The position numbers were made by a program, and so were the translations under genes. From the NCBI RefSeq assembly GCF_004010195.1, contig NC_057718.1, forward strand, positions 101,072,219-101,136,218: 64,000 nucleotides of DNA, in the 5' to 3' direction. Origin of the DNA: Chiloscyllium plagiosum (taxonomy: Eukaryota). Of this stretch, positions 38,461 through 51,377 are shown piece by piece; within the stretch, counting starts at the first letter, position 1; each line of letters starts with the position of its first letter. The notes below the pieces were generated by a model. That model saw only the letters and a list, made by a program, of their open reading frames with translations. It was not told where the DNA came from and did no database searches.

Positions 38461-39409
38461 AAGACTTTCTACTTTGCTGCTCCAGCATTTGTGATTTGTC
38501 ACATACTGAACTCTTGTTGACTCCAACCTTTGGAAATTTACCCAACTTATTTAGTCGTGAATTGGTGGTAAGTGCCATGTTTGGTAACTGGCAGTGCCTG
38601 TGGTAAATAATGCCTGCAATGTGATGTGTTGGCATTGAACAAAGCCTCGCTAGACCCTCTGAGCTTTCCCAGAAATTTCTGTTTTTGTTTCTGAATTCCA
38701 GTGTCCGCAGTTCTTTGTTTTTTTTATTATTGTTCAGCTGTAGAAATTATTACACGGTCCTGAATCATAGAGATTGCACCATCAACAAGTTGAACACCTT
38801 CGGAATTGTGGTGAGGGAAGTATTTGTTGATTGAATTTGTGGAAATTGACCCACAAGAAGAAAGCAATTGCAATGATTTTTGGACAGCATTGTGCTCTTT
38901 GTCAAACAATGTGATCAAAGTGCTGAAATGTGACACAAGAGACCAAGCTGAACTTGTAACACTCAAGTCTTTGTGAGTCTTAATGCCAGGCTTTATGTTA
39001 GGTGTGAAGTAGACCATGCAAAGATAAATCGTTTAGCGTAACACACACAAAATATCTTTGGCCCATCTTAAACTGAAAGTATTATTTTCTTTGGTAGACA
39101 AAATAGTCTTACAAAAGGCATGACTCAATTTCTTTCAGAGCTACAAGATGCATTGATTTAACCCCGATTACCTTTTGTAATCCAGGTTTCAGCTGCCTAA
39201 GGGGGAACTGATGTTGTACTCTCACGTACCAGAAGACCATTGTGTTCAGGTATGTTTCCTGAAGAAGTAATTTCGAAACTTCAACACTGCCTTTTCTCCA
39301 CAGATACTGCCAGACCTGTTGAGTTTCTCCAGGAATTTCTGTTCTTGTTTCAGATTTCCAACATCTGCAGTTCCTCGTTTGACGTTTTCACTTATGCTGG
39401 GTAGTGGAC

Positions 39410-39960
39410 TTAGAGTCAGTTGTCCCTCGAGTCAAGGTTAACGTCTACTCAACATCAGAAGTTTCTGTCATGTGTCATCATGTGATTGAGCGGGCACAAT
39501 CTGGACCCAGTGATCTTTGATCATGTGGGGCAGGATGTCCCACAAAGTCATGGAATCTAGAGTGCTTCCTTTCCCTCTCTGCCACCTCCCTGCCTTACCA
39601 TCAAGACTTCGTGATTCAAGTGTTGAAATGGGCCAATTGCCGCCATTTTGAGTGATCGATAGCAAGCATCTCCCAGTCACTAATGTCAAGATGCTGCATT
39701 TCAGGATGAATTTCAGAGTGTCTCTGAAGCAGCTTCTCTGTCTTTCCAAGGAACGTCTGCTACTTAAGAATTCCGAAAACCGGACCTGAAAGGGTGAATA
39801 CCTTTCAGACATTTGGATGGACTGTCTGGTCCAAGGCAGCTGAATATGAAGGAATTCTGCCTGAATGCCTGCTTCAGAAAGGCAGAATTTACTTGACTGT
39901 CCTCCCACTGAAGCCTAAGGATGCGGCAGAAGCACTACAGGATGCAGTTTCTCGAGCACT
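39410..39960 (-). mobile_element. RTE-clade LINE 3' fragment
   Basis: Minus-strand FSEFLSSRRSLERQRSCFRDTLKFILKCSI resembles the RTE/BovB C-terminal ELxxGKRxxGGQxKRFKDTLK motif. Confidence 0.7.
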
Positions 39961-40025
39961 CCTTTGTGTCACTGGTACACAGTCCAGGTCTCAGTGCTGG
40001 GTAGATCTGTGGCAACTTTCCTGAT

Positions 40026-40368
40026 TTAGATTTAGATTTAGATTAGATTAGATTACAGTGTGGTAACAGGCCCTTCAGCCCAACAAGTCCACACCGACCC
40101 GCCGAAGCGAAACCCACCCATGCCCCTACATTTACCCCTTACCTAACACTACAGGCAATTTAGCATGGCCAGTTCACCTGACCTGCACATCTTTGGACGG
40201 TGGGAGGAAACCGGAGCACCCGGAGGAAACCCACGCAGACACGGGGAGAACGTGCAAACTCCACACAGTCAGTCGCCTGAGGCGGGAATTGAACCCGGGT
40301 CTCTGGCGCTGTGAGGCAGCAGTGCTAACCATTGTGCCACCGTGCCGCCCACTGCCACCGTGCCGCCC
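40026..40368 (-). mobile_element. HE1-type V-SINE, young, with (TCTAA)n tail and duplicated head
   Basis: CpG-rich intact copy; gccaccgtgccgccc occurs twice at 40336-40368. Confidence 0.95.
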
Positions 40369-41971
40369 ACAGTGAAAGGCTTTTGCCCGAAACATTGATT
40401 TTCCTGCTCCTCAGATGCCGCCTGACCTGCTGTGCTTTTCCAGCATCACTCTAATCTTGACTCAGGTCTGTGGCAATGTCAAGTCGCTATTGTCTTACAG
40501 AACCATTGACTGCTGTCTCATTAGAGAGTGAGGCAACTGGTGGTGGTTTAGCCTGTGGCCCACCACACCTCAGGCAAGGGGAGAGGTTGAGAAGGAGAGC
40601 ACTTCATAATAACGTCAGGTGGTGGTGGGAATTGAACCCACATATTGACATCACGCTGCTTCGCAAACCAACCTTCCAGCCAACTGAGCTAAACCGCAGC
40701 CCAACTGTGGGAATGAGAATTGTGCACTGTGCTCTGGCACTTTCATGTCTTTGTCAAACAGTCTCTGCTATAGTTTGTAGAAGACTGAGCTGGTGTTGAT
40801 GATTTGGTGTTGGACCCCAGTACTGGAAAGTGGGACTGGAGTAGATTTAGTACGCTTTTGGCAACAAAGCTTTGATGGGCCGAAGGGACTCGCATGTACT
40901 GTATGATTCTGCATGACTCCTCAATCCTGCTAAGGTTAAAAAGGCTAACTTACCTGAGGATCTGACTTCTCCCGAAATGTATTGCAAAGGGAGAATGCTG
41001 GAGAAACTCAGCAAGTCCGGCAGCATCTGTGGAGAGAGATTCAGAGTTAACGTTTTGAGCCCAATCTTTACAGAGCTGTAAAGTTGTGTATTTTTTATGT
41101 TGGAGGCAGAGATGGGGAGGAAGGAGTAAGCGGAACTGATTGTAAGGCTGTCCAGAGCAAAAGATAAAGGAGTTGCACGTGGTAGTGAAGGAGGGATAGG
41201 GATGCAAAATGGGTGTGAGTGAAGATATGAAAATGGATAAAGTGGTTCTACTCTGTGGAGTTAGTTCCCAAAACCTGTGATCAATGACCAGCCAGGAAGA
41301 ATTCTAGTATAACAAAGCAAGAAAACGTGTCCTTTTTTCTTTTGAAAATGAAAGTTCTCCACTCTTTTGGGCTCGGTTGCATTGATAAAAGCATATTTGA
41401 CTGTGCTTGGTGGATACAGGTGAGAGAGAGAGAGAGAAAGCGAGCGAGCCAGGGGCTGAGAGCATGTGCTCATCTTGAAGCCCCAGCCTCTTGTGTTACT
41501 GTGACATAAGTATATGTTTAAAACAAGCTCAAGATTGGCACTGCTTTCCTATTGATCTGCTGCTACTTCACAGCTGTCATAATGACAGCTACTACACTTC
41601 AAGAACAATTCTCTGTATTAAGTGCTTTGAAATGTTTCGATGAAGTGACAAAATGCGATGTTAATGCGAGTGTTTCTGTTAGTCTCAGAAAACTGTGGCA
41701 ACTCTTTTTTTCTCTCTCTCTGTTTGCACATGCAGCATTTATTCCTGGGCAGAGATACTTTTTTTTTGCATTTTGAGTTCAACATCCAATTTTCTGGATC
41801 GACGAGATACATTGGCCAGAATGTCCATTTTCTTTGACATCTGCTATCACATCAAGCAAACCTCCTTGTAATTGAAGAGGGGTGGGCAGGTGTGAAGATA
41901 CAATAGCCACATTTCTTGTTTTCTTCTCAGTTTCCACACTTAAACTGACTTGCTTGAAAAGAATGTACAAA

Positions 41972-42800
41972 TATTGTGTACAGTTTTGGTCTCCTTATCT
42001 GTGGAAGAAGGTTCAAAAGTGACATAGGTTTAGCAGAAGGAAAATCAGAACTTGCTGGAAAAGCTCAGCAGGTGTGGCAACGTCTGCGGAGAGAAATCGG
42101 AGTTAACATTTTGGCCAAGTGACTTTTCCTCAAAAGTTTTGCAGACTGATTACTGAAATGGGGGTGAAAGTGAGGACAGCAGATACTGGCGATCTGAGTC
42201 TAGATTAGAGTGGTGCTGGAAAAGCACAGCAGGTGCTTCCTAATGAAGGGCTTTTTCCGAAACATCGATTTTCCTGCTCCTCGGATGCTGCCTGACCTGC
42301 TGTGCTTTTCCAGCACCATTCTAATCTAGACTCTTGAAATGTGGGGACTGGCATACAGAAAGAGACTCGATCAATTAGGATGACATTCTGATAGGAGTTT
42401 AGAGGGAGGCAAGGGAATCTCTTATAACATTCTAGACAACATAATCACAGGAAGGATGTTCCTGATGATCAGGAACTCGGAGACCAGGGCAGTCCAGAAC
42501 TAGATGTCACGGTCTAACGATACAGGGTAGGCCATTTAGGACCCCGAGATGAGGAGAAATTTCTTCATCCAGAGAGTGGTGGGCCTGTGGAATTCTCTGC
42601 CACAGAAAGCAGTTGTGGCCAAAACATTGAATGCTTTCAAGGAGTTAGAAATCATCCTTAGAGCTAAAGGGATCATGGGTGTAGAGAGAAATTGAGAACA
42701 GGGCTCTGAGTTGGACGATCAGCCATGATCATATTGAACAGTGAAACAGGCTCGAAGGGCTGAATGGCCTACTCCAGCTTCTGTTTTCTGCATTACGGTA
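41972..42800 (+). mobile_element. CR1 3' fragment interrupted by PLE pieces (family B 42035-42135, family-A fold-back 42163-42333)
   Basis: tattgtgtacagttttggtctcctta...; inner inverted arms with approximate TSD tgaaatggggg / tgaaatgtgggg. Confidence 0.75.
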
Positions 42801-43389
42801 TCCAAAATCTGTGTCATACCTGTGGTAATAACCTTTTCTATGGTTATTCATTCACCTTCTGGAGCTCTTTAGACCAGAGAAGGTGAAAAAAGGATGCAGC
42901 CCTGATGCTCCAAACAACAGAAGGTTTTTCATAGAGTGGTACGGCCAAACTTGTTCCTCACAGCTGAACCAGGGCCACAGAGTGAGAAGAGAGGGATGTG
43001 GTCAGTTTTTTATCTGCACTGTGATTTATAGCGAGTCACTGGAGAGTCGTTACCCCTTGTGGGAGACAGCAGACAAAGCATCGTACTGGACTTCCAACAC
43101 GTTATATAACCCATGCTGTGCCTGTCCTCATCCCACTGGCAATGTCATTCCTGCTTCATTGTCTGTCATGCTGTTCCCTGAGGATAAATAATATCACACA
43201 CGTCTGTCTTGACAATGTGCCTTCCACCCGACATCAGAAGAACTTGTATTACTGTGTGAATTTCTTCACTTCACACATCTTTATGGACTCTGTGGTGGGG
43301 GGTTGATGACCACTTTGCACGTTGTTCATACACAGAAACCAACAGCCACAGGAGAACTCTTCATTGCATTGCTTTCAGTTTAACTTAAT

Positions 43390-43705
43390 TTAGAATCTAA
43401 ATGACCTGCATTTTTATAGCACCTTTCATGACCCCAGGGTGTCCTCACACACCTTCCAGCTTGTCAAAGCGTCGGCAGTGTAAAACACCGCAGCCAATTT
43501 GCCAAAGGTTCCACAAGCAGCAACGAGATAATGGCCAGATTGTTTCTCTGAATGATGATCAACGAGGAAGGAACATGAGGAAGGACACTCCTGTGCCTCT
43601 CTGAAATAGTGTCACCTTCTTTTTTTGTCTGAGAGAGCACAGAGTTTCAGTTTGATCTCTCATTCTCGACAGATAGAATTTCCAAAGTTGCAGTGCTCCC
43701 TCAGT
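43390..43705 (-). mobile_element. Old Deu-domain SINE remnant
   Basis: gcagtgctccctcagt plus ctgcatttttatagcacctttcatgacc tail, the reverse complement of the element type at 10965. Confidence 0.5.
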
Positions 43706-43740
43706 CAAGGTTAAAGTTGCTGATAGTCCCAGAGGACCAT

Positions 43741-43838
43741 AGACCCTTTATTCCTGATGAAGGGCTTTTGCCCGAAACGTCGATTTTGCTGCTCGTCGGA
43801 TGCTGCCTGAATTGCTGTGCTCTTCCAGCACCACTGAT
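43741..43838 (+). mobile_element. Single-arm PLE insertion with intact hammerhead core
   Basis: 12-bp TSD CCAGAGGACCAT (43729-43740 and 43839-43850). CTGATGA-A-GGGC-TTTT-GCCC-GAAAC-GTC at 43754-43781. Confidence 0.85.
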
Positions 43839-44091
43839 CCAGAGGACCATTGGGCTGCTCGCTCACTTAGAGAGAGGAGAGAGAGAGACAGTTGGTGGTA
43901 GGTTAACCTGAGAGTATCCAAACCTCAGACGAGGGGAGAGGCTGGGAAGGAGAGTTCTGCATGGTAACCTCAATCTTTACAGGACTGTAAGTGGTTTGGT
44001 TAGCTCAATTGACTGGATGGCTGGTTTCTGTTGCAATGTGATGCCAACAGTGAGGGTTCAATTCCTGCAACTACTGAGAAATTTGGTACAG

Positions 44092-44826
44092 GAGGGACAA
44101 ATGAGCTTAGTAGTATTGTCACTAGACTATTAACCCAGAAAAACAAATAATGTTCTGGTGCCCTGGGTTCGAATCCAATCATTGCAGATGGTGGAATTTG
44201 AATCCAATAAAAATCTGGAATCATTAGTCTACAATGACCATGGAAATTATTGTCGAACATTGGGAAAACCCATTTGGTATCCTTTAGAGAAGAAAGCTAC
44301 AATCCTTACTGAGTCATAGAGATGTACAGCCTTCAATCCAACTCATCCATGCCGACCAGATATCCTAACCTAATCTAGTCCCATTTGCCAGCATTTGGCC
44401 CATATCCCTCTAAACCTATGTTATTCATATACCCATCCAGATGCCTTATAAATGCTGAAATTGTACCAGCCTCCACACTTCCCCTGGCAGCTCATTCCAT
44501 ACATGCACTGCCCTCTGTTTGAAAAAGTTGCCCCTGCAGTCCCTTTTAAATCTTCCCCCTCTCACCTTAAACCTATGCCCTCTAATTTTGGATTCCCCCA
44601 CCCCAGGGAAAAGATCTTGTCTATTTATCTGATCCATGCCCCTCAAGATTTTATAAACCTCTATTATGTCACCCCTCAGCCTCCGACGCTCCAGGGAATA
44701 TAGCCCCAGACTATTCAACCTCTCCCTATAGCTCAAATCCTCCAGCCCTGGCAAATCCTTGTAAATCTTTTCTGAACCCTTTCAAGTTTCACAACATTCT
44801 TCTGATAGCAGGGAGACCAGAATTGT
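44092..44826. mobile_element. S2 SINE (plus, 44092-44310) abutting a CR1 3' fragment (minus, 44311-44826)
   Basis: Minus-strand PGLEDLSYRERLNSLGLYSLERRRLRGDIIEVYK. Confidence 0.9.
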
Positions 44827-45052
44827 ATGCATGACTTGAATTATGTGATGAGGTTAATTTAGGTTATTTGGTCAGCATGGACGAGTTGGAATGAAGGACC
44901 TGTTTCTGTGTTGTATAACTCTATGACTTGCATTTGTGCGGTCATATCTTGCAAGCAGTCTGGATGAATAATTTTTAATATTTCTCCATCAGAGTGAATT
45001 TGTGGGTTTGATATAAATGCAACCTTTTTCAGTCAAACACCAAACTTGCAAG

Positions 45053-45220
45053 AGCACAGCAATTCAGGCAGCATCAAGGAGCTTCAGCAAAATCATCAAT
45101 GAAGGGCTTTTGCCCGAAACGTCGATTTTGCTGAAGCTCCTCGATGCTGCCTGAATTGCTGTGCTCTTCCAGCACCATTGATCCAGAATCTGGTTTCCAG
45201 CATCTGCAGTCATTGTTTTT
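45053..45220. mobile_element. Penelope-like fold-back insertion (family A variant)
   Basis: Perfect 14-bp TSD ACCAAACTTGCAAG (45039-45052 and 45221-45234) overlapping both element ends. Confidence 0.9.
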
Positions 45221-45872
45221 ACCAAACTTGCAAGGGCAGGCAAGAGAAACACTCACACCCTACTGAGCCGCAGGAAGACGTTACTGAGGCCACGTTGTAT
45301 TTTGTGTACAACTTGCGGTTCTCATCTTTTCTAATATTTCCTTTTTGTAATAGTCTCTCTTTTGTTTTGTTCAAGGATGTAAGCAGAGTGTCACACTGTG
45401 AATATGGTAATCAGTGTATTTTATGCTGTCTTAATGGCATGGAGTGTAAAATGCTTTAATCAGCTCCAGATCCCTTATCCCAGCTTACAACACACTTGAA
45501 AGTTCATTATCAAAGCTTCTCCATAAAAAAGGCTGTAAATAATATTCTGTGAAAAGCTCATTAAAATGCAAGCCATTATGGTAGTCACTTACGAGCTTGG
45601 AGATAAAGGGTTCAATATGTTGTAGCAATACAGAGCCAGAGATTTCCTTATGCCTTGTCGTACAGGCTGTTTCTTACAAAATGTTCCCGGGTCCTCAAGG
45701 ATCAGGATGTAACTAAGGGTTTGCTTTGTGTCTACCAGAGCACTTTTTGAATTAACATTACTCTGTCTTCCAACAGCTCATGTGATGGCAGGGTCCCTGA
45801 TGTAGTACTGGCAATGAATTTGTAGATGACTCTTAGAATTACAGGAATAGTTCCAGACATTGAGGATCTTCA

Positions 45873-46298
45873 ATAGAATCATAGATTCATAGAGTTATAT
45901 ACCACGGAAACAGACCTTTCGGTCTAACTCATCCATGCCGACCAGAAATCCTAAATTAATCTAGCCCCATTTGCCAGCACTTGGACCATATCCCTCTATC
46001 CCTTCCTATTCATATACTCATCCAGACGTCTTTTAAATGCTGTAATTGTACCAGCCTCCACCACTTCCTTTGGCAGCTCATTCCATACACGCACCAGTCT
46101 CTGCATGAAAAAAGTATCCCTTAGGTCCCTTTTAAATCTTTCCCCTCTCACCTTAAACCTATGTCCTCTGCTTTTGGACTCCACTACCCTGGGGAAAAGA
46201 CCTTGGCTATTCACTCTAAGCATGCCCCTCGTGATTTTATAAACCTCAGCCTCCGATGCTCGAGGGAAAATAGCCCCAACTTATTTAGCCTCTCCCTT
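45873..46298 (-). mobile_element. CR1 LINE 3' fragment
   Basis: Minus-strand RGHRFKVRGERFKRDLRDTFFMQRLVRVWNELP. Confidence 0.9.
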
Positions 46299-46851
46299 AT
46301 GATATAGATTGGTCTAGCTGGGACTGTTCTCCTTGGGGATCGAGATGGTTACAAAATTACTTGGTGGAACTCTTTTAAAGCCATATGTTTCTGGTCAGAG
46401 TAGACAGAGAGAAATTGTTCCTCTTGTCAGGGGGAAAGATCAAGAATTATCGGCCAATGATTGTCAAAAACATCCGGGGGCAGCAGTTAAAGCATTCCTA
46501 CCCTGCAGGTAGGTATGACGTTGTCCCAGAGTGTGGCAGAGTCAATTTTAGTCAAAGCTTTCAAACAGAATTGGAGGGAAAATACATCATGTGGCCCAAT
46601 TGGCCTGGTAGAGGTACTTGCAGATAACATGATGTCTGAGCAATGAAAAGGTTTTCAAGAGGGAAATTGCAAGTATATACCGCTAAGGACTCTACCATAC
46701 TGAGCCCTTTGATACCTGCCAAAAGCTTCTCTTTTCTTCCTTAATTCTAATCTTTATGTCACTTAACATCCAGGGTTCTCTGGTATTAATCCCACCCTGG
46801 AACATATCAATCCCAGACAGAAACATATTTACCTGGGTAGTTAAGTGACAT

Positions 46852-47161
46852 AGGTGGCACAGTGGTTAGCACTGCTGCCTCACATCGCCGGAGACCTGGG
46901 TTCAATTCCCGCCTCAGGCGACTGACTGTGTGGGGTTCGCACATTCTCCCCGTGTCTGCGTGGGTTTCCTCCGGGTGCTCTGGTTTCCTCCCACAGTCCA
47001 AAAATGTGCAGGTTAGGTGAATTGGCCATGCTAAATTGCCCGTAGTGTTAGGTGAAGGGGTAAATGTAGGGGAATGGGTCTGGATGGGTTGCTCTTCGGA
47101 GGGTCAGTGTGGACTTGTTGGGCCGAAGGGCCTGTTTCCACACTGTAGGGAATCTAATCTA
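46852..47161 (+). mobile_element. HE1-type V-SINE
   Basis: ggtggcacagtggttagcactgctgcctc...aatctaatct. Confidence 0.9.
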
Positions 47162-49078
47162 AAAAAAACTATTGTAAAGGTAAGCTTGATTAGTAACTGT
47201 ACAAGTCATTCATGTATTGACCCAGATTACATGGTCACAGTCCTCAAAGAATACAATGTGACAGGCTTCACAACGGAAAAGGACAATGCAGCTAGAGACA
47301 TTCGGGTGGAGAAGACATTGACACAGAGAGAGGAGGTAATGATGGATTTAGCAGCTTTAAAACTGGATAAACCCACAGACCCAGGTGAGATATATCCCAG
47401 GCTGTTGAGGGAGCAGGTATCATAAAGTTGTACAGCATGGAAACAGACCCTTCAATTGATTCCAAGATGGTGGCTTTGGTGAGGTTGGTCCAGTGGTGAG
47501 TGATGGTTACTTTGGCGTTGATGGGTCCGATACGGGCAGCTGTGAGGGGCAGGACTCAAGGCAGTGGCATAAGCAGTGGCTCAGCAATGGTGACACCACG
47601 GCATTGGTGAGCCCAGCTCAAGTCTGATGGCAGCAGCAGCATAGGTGATCTGGACATTTTCACCCTTCTGTTTCTGCCCTTTAATTTTTGTTCTTGTTAT
47701 TAATTCCAACTATCGATGATGCCAGAGAGTGGCAACTCTGTTCACGTTTCACTGTTCTCCTGTACTTGGGTACATGTGACAATAATCTTCTACTCCCCAT
47801 GATGTAATCATAGAAGCATAGAACTTTGCAGCCCAGAAGGAGGTCACTTGGCCCATCCAATCTGTACTGGCTCCCGAAAGAGCTACCCAACCAGTCCCTC
47901 TCTTCAACCCTCCCTAAGTAGCCCTCTAACTTTGTGCCTTTCAAATATGTATCCAAAACTTTCAGAGCGATGCCACTGGACCCCCCCCACCGACATGAGC
48001 AGAGGCAGCTTCCAACCGTCAGGAGACAGCATCAGCCATGCTGCATGTTACAGCTGTGCCAATGAGGTGGGTTCTCCAATGTTGCATGGTGCCCACCTCG
48101 ATTTGAATGGGCATGGGCTTATCACGAATTGTCACTTCCTTGGCCGAACCTCAGACCCTGATCTCTCACCACGAGGCTCTTACAAGAAAATAATAGCAAC
48201 TATTCTTTTAGCCAGATTGGTTTCTAAAATTGATGACTCTCATCACTTGCGTTTATTGTGGTACAGCTGGTATCTCTAAGTTCAAGGGCAGTCACCCTTT
48301 GAAGATAAAGATGGTTTGGAAATGTACATGAGTTCAAAGAGGTTTCAGGAAAATAATAAAGCAAAAATGTGAGCATGAAGATTGGAACTCCTTCTCATAA
48401 TGCTCTTCTGAAAGTTCTGTCAAATTAGCATGGTCCAAATTGATAGAGAATGGAGAAATGGGCATACATCCAAGAATCTTGTATCTGTGACAAAGACAGA
48501 GCACTTGCAGCTAAATAACCATCTGTGCCTAGTGTTCTTGAGCATGCAGCATTTAACTGCAATATGTGACCAGAAGTCACAAAGTTTTAAGAGCAGTAAG
48601 TAATGTATGCCGAGTTGGGGAAGCACAAAGGAATAGACCATCTGCCTCTTTGTTTTCCTCTGCTTGATATTCACCAGCATTGGAGCATTGAATGCCGGCT
48701 TATTAAAAAGTAATCAAAAAGACTCAAGGAATGTTCGCCTAGGGATGGATTTCAAAATTGAGTGAGAGGTGCTTCCGTCACACGCAGTCTCTGGTAGGTC
48801 CCAGCTTCACTGCTGCGTTCAGTTTTGGATACCGGGGAGCAGAGATTTTCCCTATGGGTTTCAGAACCAGTCAGGGCTCAGCAGTGGCAAATACAGAGAA
48901 TGCTGGAGAAACTCAGCAGATCCAGCAATGTCTGCAGAGAGAGAAGCAGAGTTAATGTTTTGAGTCTGGTGTGATGCGAAACCTTATCCATCAGTTTGCT
49001 TTCCATTCTTGACACATGGGGACTTATTTCTCTTAAAAATACTATTGATCTCCAACCCCCTGAGATTTCTACTAGAAT

Positions 49079-49428
49079 GGCATGATGGTTCAGTGGCTAG
49101 CACTGCTGCCTCACGGTGCTAGGGACCCAGAGTTCATTTCCGACCTCGGGCGACTGTCGGTGTGGAGTTTGCACATTCTCCGCGTGTCTGCGTGGGTTTC
49201 CTGTGAGTGCTCTAGTTTCCTCCCCCAACCAAAGATATGTAGGTTTTGTGGATTGGCAATGCTAAAATGCCCATAGTGTTCAGGGATGTGTAAATTAGGT
49301 GGCTTAGCAATGGGAAGTGCAGGATTATAGGGTGGGGGGATGCATCTGGGTAGGTTGCTCTTTGGAAGATCAGTGTGGGCATGATGGGTTGAATGGCCTG
49401 TTTCCACACTGTAAGGATTCTATGATTC
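49079..49428 (+). mobile_element. HE1-type V-SINE
   Basis: V-domain plus gattctatgattc tail. Confidence 0.9.
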
Positions 49429-50602
49429 TTCCCTCTTGCCAGTCCCCTATTTTTATTGCTTGACCATTGGCTAAGCACTGAGGCTCTGGAACTTCCTCAG
49501 CTGTCCTTGAGTCATTCCTCAAAGCTGGACTGTTTGACAAAGTTTCAGGCCACTTATTGTATTTTGTCCTTCCCTGGCCAAGTGTGGTTTCTCTTGCCAC
49601 ATTTTGTTGCATTAAAATGGAGGCAATATGGGACTGGGACACAGTGTTAGACAGTGAGCACAGGAGAGCGATGGGGGAAACAAGACTTGGTGTTAGTCTG
49701 AACACATGGAGCAGAGGTGTTATTTTGAAACCATGCTAAGAAGCAGTGTATGACACTTTACTCAAATGGGTGGACAGCAATGATTAATGTGGGCCTAGGG
49801 TTAATGTGCAATGGTACATTTAACTCGCTGTGGTTGTCCTACATTTAACCAACCCACATAAAATGAACTTTAAAAAAAATGTCAACACCCATTAATGCCA
49901 TTAACCTCTGTACATCCTTTCAGCGATATCAAGGAATGAAGGCTGATGTGGCATTCTATCTGGAACATTATTTGCCAGAATTTCACTTAAAAGTGTCTGA
50001 TTTTCTCTGTCATAGTTGTTTTAATATGAAATCTCCAATTCTTCATGAAACCTCAGGTCAAACCTTGTTTTTAAAGTATTGTTCATTAACAAGAATATAC
50101 ATGACAAAATGGCGGCAGAGCTTTGGGCAACAAGAGCTCCAACCTTCTAGCAGAGTCTTCTCAAGTCAGGTCACAGCTACATTGCAGCATAGCTCAGAGG
50201 CTTATCTGCATATTCATTAAACCCTGTTTGTACAATAGTCATAACAATTACAATATCTGTAAGGACTCGTTTCTAATGAAATGATTAACTAATTTCAGCA
50301 TTGCTATAGTAAGGACTTAACCTGGGTTCGATTGATCATTTTGAAAAGACTGTACCTTTTTTCATTTTTCCGTATTTTTAATTGTGGGCAGAAATTGGAA
50401 AATAGCTGCTTTGAAAACCAAGGACTGCTGAAAGATTACTCGAAAGGTTTAAAAGGAAGTAACCTGACACTTATTGTTTACATAGCGACTTCTTCAAACA
50501 GGCATTGAAGTGTAGTTTGCAAATGAGTGAATGGGTGCAAATATAGATTCAGCCAGCAACAAGTGGCTGATAGGTCTGCAGCCGGGTGACTATGATCACT
50601 TA

Positions 50603-50742
50603 GGAGAAAGTGAGGACTGCAGGTGCTGGAGATCAAAGTTGAGAGTGTGGTGCAGCACCCAAGGAGTAGGAGAAATGGCGTTTTGGGCATAAGCCCTTCA
50701 GGACATTCCTGACTTACTGTGCTTTGCCAGCACCACACTCTC
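50603..50742. mobile_element. Degenerate PLE fold-back (family A)
   Basis: ggagaaagtgaggactgcaggtgctgg... and ...ccagcaccacactctcga. Confidence 0.75.
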
Positions 50743-50959
50743 GACTATGTTTAATAGCAAGATCTTTTGCTTGCCAACAATTACATGATTGGTTAGCTGA
50801 ACACCATGGGGCTGTGAATTAGATTGCGAGTTGGAATCAAATCTCCACTAGCTCAGAAACTCTGCAATATAGACTACTTTAAGTCTGATGAAAGCAAGTT
50901 TATATTTCCTTGAATTGCTGTTCATTGTGGTATTTAGTTAATAAATCTGAGACTATATA

Positions 50960-51377
50960 CAAATGTTAACCACCCACCCTTCAAATCCATGACAGCAACT
51001 AGAGAAGGAAGACTGACCAACAGCGGCCTGATCAACACCAGGGCCATCTTAACAGAGATCACTGAACTGGGTTCCTAGTTTTCCTTTTATCCATAACACC
51101 TATATTTTTCCCTGAGAGTGTGTGTGTGTGTAAGCCAGAATTTCTTAGGGGGTTAGAATTTCACCTAGTTGAGTTATAGGCCAGTGATTCAGAGTTATAA
51201 ATAAATAGCAATTCTTGTTAAATACACAACCCTGATCCGAGCTTTCTGTAAAACTGGATCGAGAAGACAAATAAATTGAGCAATTATTCAACTTGAAAAA
51301 GATTTTTAAATCTTTTGTGACAACTCTGGGAACAGCAGGACTTGAATTCCAGTGCACTATCTCAGTGAGGTGTAACA
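50960..51377 (+). mobile_element. Probable LTR 3' portion
   Basis: AATAAA near 51198 and a ...gaggtgTAACA terminus. Non-coding. Confidence 0.4.
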
